Shown piece after piece: positions 58,978-64,000 of a stretch of DNA of 64,000 nt. The DNA lies in contig OZ244034.1 in the NCBI GenBank assembly GCA_965215185.1, positions 800,001 through 864,000 on the forward strand, read 5' to 3'. Source of the DNA: Acidimicrobiia bacterium (GTDB taxonomy: Bacteria > Actinomycetota > Acidimicrobiia > Spongiisociales > ZC4RG35). The notes beneath the pieces are model-generated. The model was given only the letters and a program-made list of their open reading frames with translations. It searched no databases and was not told the DNA's origin. The first letter of the stretch is position 1. Every line of letters starts with the position of its first letter. The position numbers and the translations under genes are program-made.

Positions 58978-60118
58978 ATGCCGAAACTGACTGCTGCGAG
59001 CGTGCGGCACGCCAAGCCAGGATCACACAGTGACGGAAATGGGCTGATTCTGAGGGTCTCTCTCACCGGAGGCAAACGGTGGGTGTGAGAGAGGAACCGT
59101 ACAGGGAAGAAGACGGGACTTTGGCTTTGGCTCTTACCCGACGGTCTCGCTCAAAGAGGCCAGAACGAAGGCGTTGGAATATCTCAGGATTGCTCGGTTG
59201 GGAGGCGACCCCTCCGTTCCTCGCTCTCAGGTTCCGACCTTCCAGCAGGCTGCGGAGAAGGTCATTCAACTTCACCGGGCCAAATGGAAGCCAGGAGGCC
59301 GATCCGAGGAACAATGGAGGTCGTCCCTCGCCAACTATGTGTTCCCACGAGTCGGCAACAAACCGGTCAACAACGTCACCACCCAAGATGTTATGGCCTG
59401 CCTGGCTCCTATTTGGTATTCCCGATCCACAACGGCCCGGCGGACCCTCCAGCGGATCTCGGCCATTATGCGTTGGAGCATCGCTCAGGGTTACAGGGCG
59501 GACAACCCGGCGGACGACCGAATCACAGCCGGTCTGGGTAAGAACACCAAGCGGCCCCAGCACCTCAAGTCCGTACACCACCGTCGAGTGGCTGCCGCCA
59601 TTGCCAAGATTCGAGAGTCCACGGCCCATCCGACGATTCGCCTTGTAACCGAATTTGCCATCCTGACGGTTACAAGGTCAGGGGAGGCTAGGGGAGCGAG
59701 ATGGTCCGAGATGAAACTTGACGACCAGTTGTGGGAAATACCAGCTGAGAGAATGAAAGGTGATCGTCAGCATCGTGTACCGCTTTCCAAGCAAGTGCTA
59801 GCGGTGCTCTTGGAAGCGTCTACATTCCAAGACGACAACGGTCTCGTGTTCCCGGGTAAGAACGCTTCGGGACTGGCCGCCTGGCAACTCTCCAAGCTGG
59901 TCAGCAGCCTTGATCTGGGAGGCACCTTGCACGGGTTTCGGACCAGTTTCAGGATGTGGGCTGCCGAAATCGGTGCTGCCCGTGAGGTTGCTGAAGCCTG
60001 TCTCGCCCATCAGGTCGGCGACGCAACGGAGCGGGCATATGCTAGAAGCGATCTCCTGGAGCAACGGCGTCAATTGATGGAGAAGTGGGGTGCTTACGTC
60101 AACACCCTCGGTATCTGA
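58978..60118 (+). pseudogene. P4-like tyrosine integrase with +1 frameshift near 59088
   Basis: MPKLTAASVRHAKPGSHSDGNGLILRV..KRWV then TGA; shifted frame continues RGTVQGRRRDFGFGSYPTVSLKEAR; catalytic R, HGFR, LAH, AY intact. Confidence 0.88.
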
Positions 60119-60320
60119 TCGACCAACCCGGTATCGGGCGCGGTCCGGAACCATTCCCATACGCTCCTATAGCGCCAACAAGGGATTGGCGGGTCGACAC
60201 ATTACGCTCCCGCGTTTCAGGGAGCAGCCTCGTGTTGTTAAGGGCATCCTCGCCAATGTTGCCGGGCCTTTCGGGGAGCGACCAATCATTTCCAGGCCTT
60301 TCTGTGAGTATTGGGGGGGC

Positions 60321-61075
60321 CTTGTAGAGGCTGCCAGGATTAGGCGTCAGCGGTTGGTGTCGTGACCCGAGGCCACTCTGACCTTTGTGTCTTTGACTTG
60401 ATATGTCCGACACCGCCGCGACGCCTCTGGGCGTTTCCGTTGCTGGCCTGATCAGAAGCCTGTCCACCCTTGGGGGGTGTGACCCGTCACAGTCCTGCCG
60501 TCACGGTTTGCGCCTTGCGAGGCGAATAGCCCAGTTCGCACAAGAAAGAGAAGGTTTCTTATGTTGGCCACAATGGTAGAGCATGTGATCGGGATCGATC
60601 CTGATCGGGACCGGGTCACCGCCTCAGTAGTTGACACTGCTATTACCGGAGAACAAGCGACTGCGGTGTTCGGAACCACCCGGTCAGAGTATGACCGGTT
60701 GTTGAAATGGGCCGAGGAGCACACCCAGGCCGCCGGTCGAGTGTGGTCGGTGGAAGGCTCGGGCAGTTACGGAGCTGGCGTGACCGGTTGGCTTGGGTAC
60801 TGGAAACCGTCCGCCGAGGCGCTCAAACCGCCCGGGTGGCGGCCATTAACGAACTCAAAGCCCTAGTGGTAACCGCGCCCGTGGATCTCAGAGACCAACT
60901 GCGAGGTCTGAACACCGCCGCGCTGGTAACCAAAACCCACAAGTTCCGACCCGGCCAACCAACCTCTGGTTCCCGAAGCGAACACACCGCCACCAAAATG
61001 GCCATGCGATCCTTGGCCCGGCGTATCCGCACCCTTACCACCGAAATAGCAGAACTGAAAACGCCCATCGCTAGA
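60321..61075 (+). mobile_element. IS110-family remnant (long non-coding left end plus internally deleted, truncated transposase at 60561-61075)
   Basis: VIGIDPD...VEGSGSYGAG (DEDD RuvC N-terminus), frame change, then ARVAAINELKALVVTAP...RSLARRIRTL. Confidence 0.85.
60342..60534 (+). ncRNA. putative IS110 bridge RNA
   Basis: Two consecutive long stem-loops with internal loops (60342-60426; 60427-60534) in the IS110 left end. Confidence 0.6.
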
Positions 61076-61353
61076 TCGACGTATTAGCAGCCTGTTACGA
61101 TAGATACTCGGTGGATATCTTGGGTGTTGGTCTGCTTGTCACTCGTGTTGGGGTGGTTGGTTTTGGTCTGGATCAGTGGCTCCCGGTCGCTAACGTCGCA
61201 TGCAAATGACGCTCAACCATATTGGCGACCTCGCCACTGTGGTGACGCTGCTCATCTTGGTGTACGTGACCGCGAAGCCAACAGTCAAACAACCGCTGGG
61301 CCACCGTCAAGTTCCTGTGATCCCACTATGAGTCTCATATCGGCGATATCGTT

Positions 61354-61401
61354 ACGTGCGACTCCCCGGGTGGCCTGCCTCTGAATCGGGGAGTCGCACG
61401 T
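61354..61401. terminator. perfect 15-bp inverted repeat (hairpin)
   Basis: acgtgcgactccccg-N18-cggggagtcgcacgt; no clear U-tract. Confidence 0.45.
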
Positions 61402-61951
61402 TCAATACGTAGATTCTTGTTCTGCCTCTACCAACACCTGATGACGAAGATTCATCGGATTAACCACAGGCTGCTGATCGACGCTTTCCGGGCAGACTGC
61501 CGAGGGTCCGATGAGGTGGCCTTCAAAGTCCCAGTTCTTCCTCATGACTTGACGCAGACAGATCGAGAGTTGGTCATTGAGGCCTTTGCTCTCTCGTGAG
61601 CCCGCGCGAAGAGATTGCGGAGGCGGCGTCTCTGGCGCGTCCACAAAGGTGTTGTGTGTGCTGGCGGATGCGGAACCCGTTACGGCAGGCGCCGACACGA
61701 CCATGACTTCGTCGGTGGAGGAGGCATTGAGGGAGGCTGGTTCTGCCCATTTAATGGCTCATTTCCGAAGACCCAGAAAAGAGCGCCGGTGACCACAACC
61801 GTCCTTTGAAAGAGGTGACATCAACCGCCCCCGCATGCTGCGGCACTCACAACCCGAAGGGCGTCTACCGCCCCCCTCACCCATCAAGTGTTGTTTTGAC
61901 CACTGTCACACCCAACCCAGAAAGAGCGGGTGGTCGCATGGAGGTTTACGT

Positions 61952-63034
61952 CTATATATGGGAGTGATCGGTTGTCTCTTTATAGGCTGCGGTCAAGGCG
62001 TCTAGCACCTCGCGCGTAATCTGAGAGATGACAGTGCCCTGGCCAAGTTTCTTGGGTGCGATCAGTCGCTCAACAGATTCGATTGACTGAGGTGCCCGTC
62101 TTTCGAACACAGAACGCCAAACCGCGATATATGGTTTCAGGCCATCGTTCCAGATGGTCACCAAGCCGGCGTTGTCTGGGATGATTCTCGGCAACAACGT
62201 AAAACGATCGTTGTTTCGCCCGGCGTAACTGAAGAGGCGTACATGGGGTAAAGCGGTTAGCTCTTCGGCCCACTCGATAAGACTCTCGAACATTGCCCGA
62301 ACCTCTCCACTGGTGTCTTCAACGGAGGCTCTAAAAGCATCAGACCCATCTGACAAGGCCCCTTTGGTAGCGGAGTGCCTTGTCCTGGTAAGAGGTGCCG
62401 CGGCGTCGATGTCTGGTGAGACGCGTTGGGGGAGCGCCACTTGTGCTCCGTTGACCTCATAGACCTTGAGGGTTATCAGGTCGATTGTGAGGGCTCGCAG
62501 AGTTAAGGCATCCAAGTAGGCAACGACTCGTTCTAATTCGACAGAGACTTCATCCAACACGAGCACTAATCGAAAGCTGCCCTGGTCGAGGCATTCTTGC
62601 AATGCGGCCAGGAACGAAGGTGAATCTACTGCGCCTTCTTGGTCCTGATCTTGAACTGCGCTGAGGATGGAGTCATAACCCTCTTTAGCGAGATGCTTCT
62701 GTAGAGGACCCCTTTCCAAAGTCTCGATATCGTGTCCTCGGAGGAACGCCGCATAAGCTAACACTTGCGACACCACCGCCCTCCGGGCATCTCGATTGCT
62801 GGACAGCTTAACTTCTATGATCGCAGGACGTCCGGACGACTCCACTGCCAAGAGATCGGCGTACCCTGGTCCTAGTTGGACTTCGGCGCCCAACACCGTG
62901 AGACTTGGCGAGCCGGCCAGAGGGAGCAGCTGAGGGTTACGTTGTATGAGACTCTGAAGGGTGGCTTCGTCAACAAAAGGCTGAGGCGAACCCAAATCCC
63001 AACCCTGCCCTGTGTTCGTCCATATGCCTGTCAT
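61952..63034 (-). CDS. NucS/DUF91-like PD-(D/E)XK endonuclease domain protein
   Basis: EATLQ...EVQL...ADLLAV...IIEVK...QVLAYAA. Confidence 0.8.
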   Translation of the reverse strand: MTGIWTNTGQGWDLGSPQPFVDEATLQSLIQRNPQLLPLAGSPSLTVLGAEVQLGPGYADLLAVESSGRPAIIEVKLSSNRDARRAVVSQVLAYAAFLRGHDIETLERGPLQKHLAKEGYDSILSAVQDQDQEGAVDSPSFLAALQECLDQGSFRLVLVLDEVSVELERVVAYLDALTLRALTIDLITLKVYEVNGAQVALPQRVSPDIDAAAPLTRTRHSATKGALSDGSDAFRASVEDTSGEVRAMFESLIEWAEELTALPHVRLFSYAGRNNDRFTLLPRIIPDNAGLVTIWNDGLKPYIAVWRSVFERRAPQSIESVERLIAPKKLGQGTVISQITREVLDALTAAYKETTDHSHI

Positions 63035-63472
63035 AGCAAGGCTTCAGAGGATAGTGTCTGGAGCGAAGAGCCAATGAAACGGCCCGGCAAGGCAATAACC
63101 AGACATTCGCCCTATCTTTCCGCCGCGCCATCACACCTGGTCGGGACTGACAAACCCTCGCCATATCTATTCAACTGTGGAACCCTTCTATCCATCTGTT
63201 GCGACGGATATTCGGTAAATATCTGACGCTTTGCGGCCAGTTGTCACAAGGCCGCCTTACCATGCAACGCTGATGAGAAAGAGGTTATAACGACAGGTTG
63301 TGTTATCGAGGGACTAAGAGTGGGTCCCCGGCGTTTGTTGGCCGCCGAGGAACAATAGCCGGGCCTGGCGGCCAGGGACAGTGTAGCGGCAGAGGTGCTG
63401 GGGAACACCAACGCTATGCGGAGGGCAGTAAACCTGAGGGCCGCACTCTGGTATCCGAATAGCCGCTCTGGC

Positions 63473-63805
63473 TCAAGCAACCTGGAAATGGGCGTCTACT
63501 TCGAAGCGAACGCCCGTTGAGCCGGGCCGAAATGCGTCGGTTTGACGACGCCGCATTGTGCTCGTTTCTTGGCTGACGAGCTCGACCTCTCGACCTGATA
63601 GGACTGCACATCCGAGGAGGCCTTGCACGACATCGTGCTCCGACAAGCGTTTGCCTGCCATGCGGATCACAATATGTCCGTCGGGTTTAAGGACGTAGCC
63701 GACCATTCGCCAAAAGTCAGCGACCATCTTCCAGTACGAATTTGCGTTCGTGTGCCGATCATCGCTGGATATGCGGCCGGTGGTGGGATGGGGAGGGCCC
63801 CCTAG
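63473..63805 (-). pseudogene. C-terminal fragment of a probable DNA methyltransferase, interrupted by IS1182
   Basis: Open frame LGGPPHPTTGRISSDDRH..YWKMVADFWRMVGYVLKPDGHIVIR running up to CTAG at the IS end. Confidence 0.6.
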
Positions 63806-64000
63806 GAGTCTGCTGATTTATTCGGGTGGTGGGGGTTTGGGAAATGCGGTGTTTGGGGGTTGGTTTTTGGGATAATTGGGGGGATGTTGGGTACTGAACG
63901 TTTTGATCGGCAGTTGTTGGATACGTTGTCTGTGTGTGGTGATTTGGTTCCAGTGGGGTCGGTTTACCGGTTTTTGGCTGTGCATCGGCGGCGGGTGTTC
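63806..64000 (+). mobile_element. IS1182-family element, left end and transposase start (63884 onward)
   Basis: CTAG target then IR gagtctgctgatttatt; MLGTERFDRQLLDTLSVCGDLVPVGSVYRFLAVHRRRVF. Confidence 0.8.

Larger units (their letters stand above)
58790..64000. mobile_element. genomic island integrated at tRNA-Ile2 (continues past the window end)
   Basis: Integrase immediately 3' of the tRNA, IS remnants, nuclease and methyltransferase cargo. Confidence 0.8.

Noticed and set aside
61090-61760. Short ORFs inside the tRNA-Ile2 island
   Set aside because: Fragmented, no recognisable family; likely decayed DNA

Overview
High-GC actinobacterial chromosome segment; gene content suggests Acidimicrobiia (inference). 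The core backbone is gndA (partial), proS, fdhD, serC, rimP-nusA-infB-rbfA-nrnA-truB, polA-rpsA-coaE-uvrB, a ttuB-ttuA-trmI tRNA-modification operon beside ferredoxin and the arc-dop-pup-prcB-prcA proteasome locus, ispH and der, plus four tRNAs (Leu-CAA, Leu-GAG, Pro-GGG, Ile2-CAT). There are three accessory regions. (1) A decayed tandem island array at tRNA-Leu(CAA), marked by two degenerate copies of the tRNA 3' end, with IS256 and phage-portal remnants. (2) A small islet after tRNA-Leu(GAG). (3) An island at tRNA-Ile2 with a frameshifted P4-like integrase, an IS110 remnant whose left end folds like a bridge RNA, a NucS-like nuclease and a probable methyltransferase split by IS1182. The most notable leads are: a ubiquitin-like TtuB/TtuA module with an unannotated 31-aa membrane microprotein next to the Pup-proteasome; an AroQ-alpha/beta-hydrolase fusion; a NicX-like/proline-racemase/P5CDH-like catabolic cluster; and an acidic tandem-repeat extension on RpsA. 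All family calls come from motif recognition by eye, not database searches.
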